A stretch of DNA of 64,000 nucleotides from the NCBI GenBank assembly GCA_973895155.1, contig OZ316895.1:10962184-11026183 (forward strand), written 5' to 3'. Shown here piece after piece: positions 36,901-47,913 of this stretch. How positions within the stretch are numbered: position 1 is the first letter of the stretch; the number at the start of each line of letters is the position of its first letter. The stretch comes from Marsupella aquatica (lineage: Eukaryota > Plantae > Marchantiophyta). The notes beneath the pieces were generated by a model. That model was not told where the DNA came from and made no database searches. It worked only from the letters and a program-made list of their open reading frames with translations. The position numbers and the translations under genes were made by a program.

Positions 36901-38676
36901 CCTGCACTCCAGCCTTCAACACGTACTTGTACTCATCCTGGAAGGTTTCTGCTCGCAAGACGGAGTGATCCAGCCCATTTTGGCCTTGCACAGAGAGTGG
37001 GAAGAAATCAACGCATTCCCACATTCCCGTGTCAATGCCTTCGTGCAAGCTCTTCTCCAGCTCCCAATGGATAAAATCATGGCTCTTGTAAAGCAGAGCC
37101 ATGCCATTCCTGGTTCCATCGGCATTATCTCTCTTCGCTCCGAGAGTCAACCTCCAGAGACCATCCTTCTCCAGCCAAGCAGTGGAGGGGTCTCTGAAAT
37201 CATTAGCATCGATTCCCTGTGGATTGTATAGGATCGGATTGGCGTCTGCTTTCTTCCATTTCCGTAGCAGAGGATCGGAGGGATCGACAGGCAGGGCGAG
37301 GTTCTGTGTTTGGTCACAACGAGAGCTAGACATATTCCGTACGCCCGTATAGACGATGGCAGGAGTTCCATCTTCGAGAATGGTGGCCGAACCTGACCAG
37401 ACCCCATCTTCGTCATACCACTTGTCAGGGGTGAATGCCACTTCCAGGTGGAACCAATGAATTAGATCGGTGGACACCGCGTGACCCCAGTTGATGTCTG
37501 ACAGGGAGAGGCCGTTGGGATTGTACTGATAGAAGAAGTGGTAGTAACCCATGTAATACAACGGCGCTGCATATCAATCGAGTTCAATTCAGGGTTAGTA
37601 CATGTGTAGCAGCCTCCTGGGAACAAAAATACACCAAGAATTTTCTGAGGTCGACAATTTCTACGAAGATGTGTCGGTAGTGACATAGTGCATGATTGTG
37701 GTGTTGTACACATATATGTGCGAGGAGGAATGTCACTCGATCAGGGTTAAAAAGAACAACAGCAATAACGACGCTAAGGTATGAAATTTGAGGGCCTAGG
37801 TAGACTTCAAGATGTCGAGAACCGGAGACACTTCTTCTCATGACAAATGACAGTTTATTGCCTGCTTTTCGCGAGTTTCGAAACAGAGCTTGCAATTATC
37901 CGTGTCGCTAAACTTTACTGTGTTTTCATTGATTATGGACTCATAAATTCTACCAGCTATTGCTCATTTACGTGGACAGTTCATCGAAATTGCACCATTT
38001 TCAAGGAAGCGTGGGCCATGGAACGGTGCTGGAGCTCACCATTTGGATCTGTTCACAGCACGCAGCAATCCCGGGCAGCAATAAGAAGCGCCCATCGTCC
38101 AGTCCATCAAGAGCACGAGACAAAGCAGTAAGTAGTCATTAAAAGGATACCAATTACTTCAATTCGGCATTGAAATCTGCAGGGGGAGGTGAAGAAATCA
38201 ATATTTACAACATTCAAGCAGAAATGTTGCGAACGCTCGTCTTGAACAAAATCATCACAGCTTTCTCGCCCGCTTTCTCTATCGATAAGGAACCGTACAT
38301 CATACGTACCATTCATCCAATTCTTTTCAGGCTGAAAATGGTAGCCTGTGCGTGAAGATGTGTAGAATTCATTGTCGTACTCTTGAGAGTAATACTCATC
38401 GTCTTCTTGACCTTCTCCTCTCAGACCGTGTCCTCCTTCACTCTTCCAACGTAAGTTGTAAGAAACGGTTGCCCCGAACAGCAGCAGGGTTGCGGCAATG
38501 CACGTCACGAGGTGCACAGTCCTGCTTTTACGAAGAGCACATCCGGATCGGGATTCATCTGCTGGTAATCCAGATAATGCGACATAGTCCCCATTTTCTA
38601 CTGAAAGTTTTGAAGCAGCTTGTATCTCACTAGCAACAGCGATGAGAAGGGCTGCCTCCGGATCCGATGTCGCCAT
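33968..38676 (-). CDS. GH32 vacuolar-invertase-like protein, copy 2, intact, 647 aa (possible fructan-active enzyme or defective invertase)
   Basis: Exons 38676-38310, 38048-38040, 37566-36671, 36430-36269, 35607-35375, 34704-34614, 34153-33968 sum to 1944 nt with no stop. Catalytic motifs NDPN, RDP and WECVD (vacuolar type; cell-wall type has WECPD). N-terminus has EAALLI (dileucine), YVAL (YxxL), a basic patch and a hydrophobic signal anchor. Confidence 0.93.
38040..38048 (-). other. 9-nt micro-exon (ATCCAAATG), copy 2
   Basis: cag|ATCCAAATG|gtgagc, identical to copy 1. Confidence 0.95.
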
Positions 38677-39804
38677 TCGTCAATCCCAGAGCGGCTCCCT
38701 AGCTAGGTACGTGCTCCACCCCTTCACGACTTAGCTAACGTTGCTACATAAACTTCCAGGGTGGATTACTGCTCTACTCTCTGGACATGATCTCTTTCGC
38801 ATCAAGGGGCAGAAAGGCAGAAAGTCGGCATGCACTCACTACTATCGATTAGACCGTCCCGCCAGTCTCTCATTTTAGCGATATAATACTGTCTTGAAGC
38901 TTTGCAGCATACTAAACCCTGCTCTAGTCCCGCCGATATAGACGCCGAGCCGTCCGAGTAAACGACTTCAAGGGACGGAGGATTTGTAGTCTCACGGAAT
39001 CTTGTCATTGGTTTTGCATTGGTCCGGTTTTCTTAAGCGCATTATAATGGACTATAAAATGACAGTAATCTTCAGCTGTAACGTGAGCTGGAGATGTGTA
39101 AGCTCATTACGGGTTGGATTGGTCTCAGTCCGTTTTACGAGAGCAATGAATTCACAGAATCTTCCTCAGGATCATGCACGAGATAATTGGAGACAAGGTG
39201 ATTCCCGCTCTGAAAAGAAGGACAGAGCCGAAGCACATCTCTCTGTTTCTTACGATCGGTCTGTTGCTGATTTCCAGATCAGCTTGTCACCAGTAATGCA
39301 GGAAGACTGGTGTTGAATCCTTGTTTTCCAAAGGAGATTCAACGACTGTTCGAGACCCACGAACAAAACCCCTACTTTCTAATACTGAGGGCTCGACTGC
39401 TCGAGTTCTCCCTCTGATGAGAGTACAACACGGGACTCTAGTGCTCGATTCCCTTAGTGGGCGGGTACGGAGGAAGAGAGCTTCAACAGTCAGCCATTGA
39501 AATTGACAAACGGATGACGTCAACATTTTCTGATCTTCCGTCTCTACTCCTAAGTCCTCGGTCCCTGCTCTTCTTCATGACATCGTAGCTGATTTGGATG
39601 GATCACCTCATCCGAATCCTCATACGTACTCAGTAAGTGCAAGCGCTCGGGAAGAGCTACGCCCCTTCATAGGCGGAATGTTTGGAATAGCTCGAGAATC
39701 GGTCTACTTGGGCCCATCGCTTTTTGCAATGTACAATAGACAGAGATAAGTTAATATGGCCCACGAGTCCTCGTAAAGCAAACTTTTAAGTTTTCCACAA
39801 ATTA

Positions 39805-39945
39805 TAAGTCTACGAGCCCTATATTTAATTGTGTGCAAGGAGGGCCTGCCCACAAGGAGTCTGGCCGGGGCATTTATGGGGGGCAGCAGGAAGCACATAT
39901 GTGCCAGGGGTGCACATTTTTTCTATCAATGATCAGGAAAAACAA
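39805..39945. repeat. Dispersed repeat with an inverted copy at ~54655-54795 (probable MITE fragment)
   Basis: gaagcacatatgtgccaggggtgcacatt at ~39890 is the exact reverse complement of aatgtgcacccctggcacatatgtgcttc at ~54680. Similarity extends over ~140 bp. Confidence 0.85.
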
Positions 39946-40058
39946 TTAATTAAATCTGATGATTGTGTATCTTTCCCACCCATGAGCTTTTTTGTATTGA
40001 GACAAAGCAGGAAAAAAGATGATATCATTTATTATAATTGTATATATTTAATTTTAGA

Positions 40059-40210
40059 CTCGAGAAGCGAAGATACTTGCCCCCAAGGTGTTGTAAAGCC
40101 ATATTATGGATGGCCACTTCACCTAGCAGAATGCTCGAGAAGCATAAGATACTTGTCCCCAAGGTGTTGTAAAGCCACATTATGGAGGGCCAGTTCACCT
40201 AGCAGAATGC
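40059..40210. repeat. ~75-bp tandem duplication
   Basis: ctcgagaagc..aagatacttg.ccccaaggtgttgtaaagcca.attatgga.ggcca.ttcacctagcagaatg occurs twice. Confidence 0.9.
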
Positions 40211-42351
40211 TGCTTTGTTTAATGTCCTAGTGCACAGGAAATACCTTGGCTAGACAGGTGGGCGGGCATGGGCTGGGCATGGGCAGGGTCATACAGGGGG
40301 GCAGAGAAATGACAAGGCCGGGTGCTAATGTGGGTTAGGGCTATGGGAGGAGGGTTGCAGTTCATGGGGGGAGGAAATTGTTGGGGGAGAGAAAGGTCCC
40401 AGGAGGAGAGGACATGGAGGATGGTAACTTTTAAGGTTTTTCCACTTTGGGTCAGGGTGGTCACTGTAACCTTGTGAAGGAGCTGATTCTTACATTAGTC
40501 ATCTAATTTTACTACATCAACTTTTGACCCTTAGAACTCCCTAGCTTTAAGGATAACTGCTAGTTTCTGACTAATGGAATCTGTTGCTATGTGGGAACTG
40601 GCTAATCCAAAATAACAACAGAGTCGGTTGCTAGGTGGGAAACTGGCTAATCCAAAACAAAAAGGCTGACATCTGCCAAAAATGGTCAAATATTTTATTC
40701 AAATGCGCCATTTGACAAATATTGGCCACTAAAAAAATGGCTGGGTGGTGGCGATGGGAGGGAGTAGGCTTGGGAAGGGACGGGGAGGGGAGGGTTGGTC
40801 AATTTGATTCTACCTAGCACCCTAGCTTGAACTGCCCCCATGCCTCTCTTCGATACCATCCAAGCAGTCTTCTGTCATGGAAACATTACATCGCCTATCA
40901 ATATAGCTGCATACTTTCGATGCTTTCGTATTTTCAGTTTATTGAACTATATACGAGTTGTTTTAGCATATTTCAATCTATTAAAAAACTCATTTGGGAT
41001 AAAGTAATAGAAATGAGGGAAACCTGACGAGAAAAGCCAAAATTTGTGGACAAGGTGGGGAGAGCCGAGACGGAGCAGTCTCAAGTGTGTGGTCGAGGCA
41101 AAGGGGTGCGGGCCACAATGAGTGATTTTCAAAGTAAAATTAATATAGATTCCTGGGGTCCTCACTTATTTTCAGTCTCAATACACGTGCGAGAATAAAT
41201 ATAAAGTTTTATATTGGGTTTCCTGGAAGAATATTATGACTTTAAATTCGATTCTGAGCATTCTAAAAAATGGGGAAAAAGGCAATGGATGGCATAGGTG
41301 GGTTGAGGTGTGGAGAAGTTTAGAGTTGGAAGTTCAGGAACAAGGGCAATGCACTAAATGGTTTCTGGTCTTGGTTGCTTAATTAAGTGGACATTCTCTC
41401 CACAGCTCTCACCCAAGCTCCTTTGCACCTCCGTCCTTAACTCTTGACCATATTTCGTGCCCTGTGTATAATTGTCCAGCAACAACTTGGGCAGAGCATT
41501 AAATGTTAGGTCTTGTGACTGTTACCTACTCTTTGCACTGTCCTGGCTCCCCATCTTCACAACTTTTGACTCTCCTCCCTACCTACAACTTTGAATTGAT
41601 GTTTTATCAACTATCATTGCAGCACATATGCATTGACCATCTTCCCGTTTGACAACATTGTTCCTTACCATGACCTTAGTTCAACATCAGTCATGCTCAG
41701 CAATACTTTTGCTTGACATCATGACTGTAGCCACATTCAACACTCTTGCAAAGATAGTACAATAGCAATGACGACACACTTCTACGATGACAACGCAAGC
41801 ATAACCACAACTGTGCAATGCATTGGGCTCTCAATTGGGCTACTAAGTACATAAATTGAAGATGGAATTAAGATAGGGTCCACAAACATAGGCAAAGAAA
41901 TAAATGAAAAAGGGTTCAAGGTAGTTTCACAATGGAAATACTGACAAAGAAGAGTACCCTCACAGGCCAATATCAATAATAACCCAAAATTTGAGCTTAA
42001 GAGACAGAACCAGAGGATGCATCAACATATATTATGGCGCTACCTTGTTTGGGAGAATACTCACATTACTTTGTCTTAATGAGTTAATTCAAGCTATGTA
42101 TTTCTTCAATTTTCCCTGGACAAGGTGCATATATCTTTTGTATCATTGGATTCCAAAATTGTTTTTACCCATCTTAATGTTTTTAATTTTCTTCTCCTAG
42201 ACCCCCTCTTTCAATTTATATTTAGTTTTGAATCTTGCCTCATCTGCCATTATATCCAACTGAAGAAATATTCAATTGACATTTCATACGATAGGGGTAT
42301 CTCAAGAAGACATCTATTCCCAAGAGTATGAGACAGAAACACTTCAAGATG

Positions 42352-42772
42352 TGTTGGGTATTTACTCTTACGTCTAGGTTAGGTATGACGTGGTTGGTAC
42401 AACAACGTGGGTTGGTACAACTACGTGGTTAGGTATAACTACGTGGTTAGGTACAACTACGTGATTAGGTACAACTACGTGATTTGGTACAACTATGTGG
42501 TTAGGTACAACTAAGTTGCACACTATATCATAAGAGGCATGTGTGCTTGGAGAGGTAGAACCAAGGCTGATTGTTATGGAGCCACTTGAGAGATAGGGAG
42601 AGCTTACACTGTGGAGACTCGGTATAGTCGACGGGCTTAGAGTTCAGTAAAGCTCTCTTGTATGTTCCCGTGGACGTAGCCTCAAGGAGGTGAACCACAT
42701 ATCTCTTGTGTCGACTATTGTGCGTTGGATGGTTCATGGGCTTGCCGTTGCGATCGTCGTCTATGCTCAACA
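42352..42772 (+). repeat. 5' LTR (421 bp) with an 18-bp tandem array
   Basis: Near-identical to the 3' LTR and has one more ggttaggtacaactacgt-type unit. Confidence 0.95.
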
Positions 42773-43926
42773 ATTGGTATCAGAGCATGTTTGGGAGGTG
42801 ACGTGTGTTCGTGACGGGATTTCATGACGGTTTTTCCAGCGTTGAGTGTCGGTGGATTTCCCGGAGTTCCGTCGCATGGAACTTGGAGTTTATGGGCTCA
42901 ACGGATAGATCAGGGCAAGAGCTTTCTAACGGTATGAAGAAATCGCTGAACGAAGCTCGTGGTGCAGAGAGATCTAAGTTTTCGTCGTTCTGGATTTTGT
43001 GAAGAAAGTTGGCAATCGACTCGGAGGGAGAAGCGTCAAGTGTTTTGACTCAACGGAGAGATTGAGGCAAGACGATTGTTTTGAGTCCGGGATTGGCTCT
43101 TTGATGCAAAGAGGAAGGCTAAGCAAAATCAATTACCTTGTTGGACTTGGTGACGGCACCAAGTGCAATTGATCAACATTTGTTGTTGACAAGGTACCAT
43201 TTTTTTCTCTTTGAAAAACTGATTCGAAATTGGCTATGGCAATTGAGAGAAATCTGTCATCTTTACCAATTTTTTTCTCCCTCGTTCTTTCCTCGTTTTG
43301 GGTGCTTCTTATATCGATCTTCACCGCCTCGGAGTCTAGTTTCCAAATCTGAAATCAGATCTTGATTTCGTCAAAACCCGAGTGAGATATCTTGCGTTTG
43401 GTGTCAAGGGGTACATTCTGCCGTGTGTATTTTCTGTGCGCACGACCAGATTTCGACGACGAAGGGTGGTAGGGGGTTTTGGGGGTTCGAGGACACGTGT
43501 CAACCCCTCGATTGTTCTTCCAAAATTCCCACAGGGCCTGTACAAGGGTCATAGAATATTCCAAAAAACCATAGAGCTATTTTTTGACCGTTCGACAAAG
43601 ATTTCATCCGCCGAACGGTAACTTTTTTGGTTATTTTTCGGTGAGGTCGTAGCCATTGAAGTTGGCATCGCGGCGCACCAATCACATCGCAATTTCGACA
43701 ACGGGTTGTACTTGGTATTTCGGTTATTCCCTGAGGTGGTCAAAATGGGGGAGTTTCCCAAGGTTTTACCCACCTCGACCAAAATTTGAATAACTTTTCC
43801 GTCAAATTTCGATTTTGATTTCGGTTTTCAGTATTGGACTCCTAGCTTTGTGGGCTACGCGGCGGTGTTGAGTTTCGAGTTTTTTGAGAAGTTGTGAAAA
43901 ACAACATTTTTTGTGATTTTCTCATA

Positions 43927-46898
43927 TGAGTGATTCGGAGGAGTTTTTCGAAGACGTGGAACTTGAAGCACGAGGATCACCGCGGAGGTTTCAGGGGCAA
44001 AGAGAGGAGCAGGAGGAAGAGCATGTGACACTGATACCATCACCGGTGCGGCGTGTGGTGGAAGAAGCAGTACTACTACCGGAGCTCACGGTAGTGCCAA
44101 AGAAGAAGATGGGGACTTTCAAGCTTGGGGGACTTTCAAGCTTGGGAGACCCAAGTATGAAGTGACAAAGTATGATGGGCGCTCTGACTACTTGCTATGG
44201 GAGAAGCAGGTGAAGGGAGTGCTCTATGCGTCAGGGATGGGCCAACTGCTGAGCCCTCGTGAAGACGATGTTGATGAGAAACAATGGGACCGCATGCAGG
44301 AGCAGGGAGTGTGGTGTGTTACACTCTATCTCATGCCTCCCATCATCAAGCAGTTGGGTGCACATAAGGATTGCATGTCCTTGTTTGCGGAATTGCAGAG
44401 CAAGTATCACCGCAAGGAGTTGTCGAACCGGCTCTACACTTCCTACAAACTGATGAGTTTCAGGATGAAGGAATCCGGTACGAAGTTGCAAGACCATGTG
44501 GATGCTTTCAACGACATGGTCGTTGACTTGGAAAACCTTGGGGAGACTTTGAATGATGAGACGAAGGCTCTGCAGCTTCTTAGTTCATTGCCTCCATCTT
44601 ACCAGTCCCTATCACGAGTGTTGTTGCATCGTGATAGGGATACCATTTCATACAATGACGTGGTAAGTTCTCTGCTTAGTGATGATCTTTAGCAGTGCTA
44701 TCAATTTCAAAACGCCATTTGAGATGCGCTATAAGCGGCATGCAGACTATCATGGCTTGGTAGTTTTTGGAAGTGATGCATATGCTCTCACACCGAAGCA
44801 GAATAGGACCAAGTTGGATCCTACCTCCAAGAAATGTGTTTTTCTTGGGTACCAGAGTGGTGTGAAAGCCTATAGGCTATGGGATCCTATTGCCTGTAAG
44901 CTCGTTGTCAGTAGGGATGTTCCTTTCAATGAATCCAGATTATTGAAGGAGGTGGAGAATACTCAGGTCTCCCGTATTGACAAAGGAAAATCTCCTATCC
45001 CAGATCTCGTTGAGGGGGAGATTGGTTATGAGGTGCATGACCGGAGAGAAGGAGTTGCTCCAATTATGGAGCTGGTTCCTGTGCCAGAGGAACCAGAGGA
45101 GTTTGTTGATGCTGGTGAGCAGCAAGTGGATGCTGTTGAGCTTCAAATTATACCAGCACACGCAGATCAACCGGAGTCATCGGCTAGAAGAATATCTGGT
45201 CGCACTGTATGCGCTCCACCAAGGTATGGACAGTGGGTTGATTCATCTCAACTGCAAGAGGATGATTTTGCATTTGATGATGAGGGTGATGCGTTAATTT
45301 TGGAAGAAGGGGAACCTTCTTCATTTCATGAGGCAAGTGCTTCAAAGGAGAAGCAGAAGTGGACTGCAGCAATGCAAACGGAGATGCAGTCACTAAAGGA
45401 CAACAAAACTTGGGAGCTTGTTAAGCTGCCTAAGGGTCAGCAAGTGGTGGACAGCAAATGGATTTACAAGCTGAAGGATAATTCCATAGGAGGTGGATCG
45501 AAGGTCTACAAGGCTAGGTTGGTAGCAAAGGGATTCACACAAGAGAAAGGTGTGAATTACAATGAGGTCTTCTCACCAGTTGCTAAGTACTCTACAATAC
45601 GACTATTGTGTGTACTTGTTGTAATGTTTGGTCTGCTGTTAGATCAAATGGATGTTGTCACAGCTTTCCTCTATGGCACATTGGAAGAGGTGATCTTCAT
45701 GAGACAACCGCTAGGTTTTGTGAAGAGAGGACAGGAGGAATTGGTTTGCAGATTGCTGAAATCCTTGTATGGGTTGAAGCAGTCACCAAGACAGTGGAAC
45801 AAGCGGTTTGACGATTGGATTCGGTCACAAGGTTTTCACAGAAGTGTATTTGACCCTTGTGTGTATTTGAAACCGGTAAAGAATGTTGTTTTTGGGTTCA
45901 TTGTTTTAGTACTTTATGTGGATGATATGCTAATTGCAGCCAAGGATAGGTCTGAGATTGTTAAGCTCAAGGCACTGCTTAGTGCAGAGTTTAAGATGAA
46001 GGACTTAGGGCCAGCTAAGAGGATTTTGGGTATGGAGATCACTAGGGACTTGGAGGCTGGCAAGCTATGGTTGACGCAGAGCAGTTATGCGAGGAAGGTA
46101 ATTGCAAGGTTCAACATGGGGAATAGCAAGCCAGTAAGTACCACGTTGGCTCCACACTTCAAGTTATCATCAGCGTTCTGTCCTACGGATGACACAGAGA
46201 AGGGGTTGATGTCAAAGGTTCCGTATGACAAGGCAGTGGGGAGTCTCATGTATTTGATGACTTGCACTAGACCTGATCTTGCCATGGCTATGGGCAAGGT
46301 GAGCAGGTACATGTCGAATCCAGGGAAGGTACACTGGGAAGCAGTGAAGTGGATTATCAGGTACTTGAAGGGTACCGTGGATCATGGTCTTTAATTTGAT
46401 GCGAATGCAAAGAATGCTAAATCATTGATTGGCTATGTTGATTCTGACTATGGACAAGATTTGGACCGAATAAGATCAACAACAGGATACATGTTCACAC
46501 TTGGCGGTGGATGCATAAGTTGGAGGTCTACTTTGCAGAAGTGTATTGCTCAGTCTACTACAGAAGCGGAGTATGTTGCAGCTGCGGAAGCAGCAAAGGA
46601 AGCGATTTGGTTGGATGGACTTATCACTGAAATGGGATTGCCACAGGGGAATGTGAAACTCCATTGTGATAGTCAAAGTGCACTCCACCTTGCTGTGAAC
46701 CAGATGATGGACAGCAGAGTGAAGCACATTGACGTCAGGTACCATTTTATCAGGCAGGCTGTGTCTGATAATTTGTTTGAGCTAGTCAAGATTGATGGTA
46801 AACTCAACCCGGCTGACGCATTTACCAAAGTGATTCCTTTGGAAAGTTTCTCTAGACACCGTGACGTATTGCAGGTTTTGCAATTGCATCACAAGTAG
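43927..46898 (+). pseudogene. Disrupted copia gag-pol polyprotein
   Basis: Gag (MSDSEEFF..., KYDGRSDYLLWEKQV, QLLSSLPPSY) is frameshifted by a 17-bp duplication at 44114-44146. It jumps at ~44690 to SSAINFKTPFE...KLDPTSKKCVFLGY. RT has KARLVAKG, QMDVVTAFL, LYGLKQSPR and YVDDML. An in-frame TAA at 46392-46394 precedes RNase H (GYVDSD, STTEAEY, CDSQSA, KHIDVRYH, NPADAFTK). Confidence 0.93.
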
Positions 46899-47088
46899 AG
46901 TTTTCTTAACATTCATTGTAATTACTGATATATGCTCTTCCTCATTCCTATGTATTAAGCTACGGCTTAGTTCTGGTTTGCTCTAGTTAGAGAGGGAAAC
47001 CGGTTTGGTTTTTGTCTAGAACTTCCCGCTGAGGGATCATATACATTGACAGTATTACTCTCCCCTAGACCAGAGTCAAGGGGAAGAT

Positions 47089-47491
47089 TGTTGGGTATTT
47101 ACTCTTACGTCTAGGTTAGGTATGACGTGGTTGGTACAACAACGTGGGTTGGTACAACTACGTGGTTAGGTACAACTATGTGGTTAGGTACAACTACGTG
47201 ATTTGGTACAACTATGTGGTTAGGTACAACTAAGTTGCACACTATATCATAAGAGGCATGTGTGCTTGGAGAGGTAGAACCAAGGCTGATTGTTATGGAG
47301 CCACTTGAGAGATAGGGAGAGCTTACACTGTGGAGACTCGGTATAGCCGACCGGCTTAGAGTTCAGTAAAGCTCTCTTGTGTGTTCCCGTGGACGTAGCC
47401 TCAAGGAGGTGAACCACGTATCTCTTGTGTCGACTATTGTGCGTTGGATGGTTCATGGGCTTGCCGTTGCGATCGTCGTCTATGCTCAACA
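47089..47491 (+). repeat. 3' LTR (403 bp)
   Basis: Follows the PPT, ends CTCAACA and is followed by the TSD AGATG. Confidence 0.95.
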
Positions 47492-47531
47492 AGATGATGC
47501 CAACAGAACCCACTTTAACTACTCACATTTT

Positions 47532-47913
47532 TGTTTCCAGTTAGGTTATGCCTCTAGTATATTAACCTAATTACTTCCATAGTAGTAGTTAGGCTTCAGC
47601 AAACTAGGATAACACTTGTTGAGATCCAGATTCCCGTAGACCATGAGAGGCGGGATGAGAGGGGGTATACCCAAGGGGAGCACAAAATTGCGCTTACACT
47701 TTAAGGTTCACTCTCCAGGAGCAAGAGTGTGAGGGTGAGAGGAGGAGCTTTAGCACGTTGGCTTTGGAACAGGTGTAATCATGTTGTATTACTGGATTTC
47801 TATCACAGCTGAGGACGTAGCCTAGACAGGATGAACCATGTACCTTCAGTGTCGGAGTCCATATTGTTCACATGTGTTGACATTGTCTTGTTAGGTCTAG
47901 TTTATTCCCAACA
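47532..47913 (+). mobile_element. Older LTR-like remnant next to the copia element
   Basis: Contains ggacgtagcc...gaaccatgta...gtgtcg and ends ttattcccAACA, like the remnant at 6924-7311. No matching TSD and the 5' end is uncertain. Confidence 0.45.

Larger units (their letters stand above)
29413..38780. repeat. Second unit of the segmental tandem duplication (paralogous to ~10110-18680)
   Basis: Collinear intergenic homology (ctcagtagatcagcttatcacgaataatgagagaaa at ~10140 and ~29445; aaatctagcactataagtgggatcgaaagttacttctcagggtg; ccccaactaagcac), plus alignable introns and exons. Confidence 0.9.
42352..47491 (+). mobile_element. Ty1/copia LTR retrotransposon, internally deleted and non-autonomous
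   Basis: 5' LTR 42352-42772 and 3' LTR 47089-47491 (TG...CA). TSD AGATG at 42347-42351 and 47492-47496. PBS TGGTATCAGAGC (tRNA-iMet) at 42775-42786. PPT aaggggaaga at 47078-47087. Gene order is gag, integrase C-terminus, RT, RNase H. Confidence 0.97.

Noticed and set aside
33968-38676. Calling the gene a sucrose-dependent fructosyltransferase (1-SST/6-SFT)
   Set aside because: It keeps hydrolase-type WMNDPN and WGW and lacks the D/R pair needed to use sucrose as donor.
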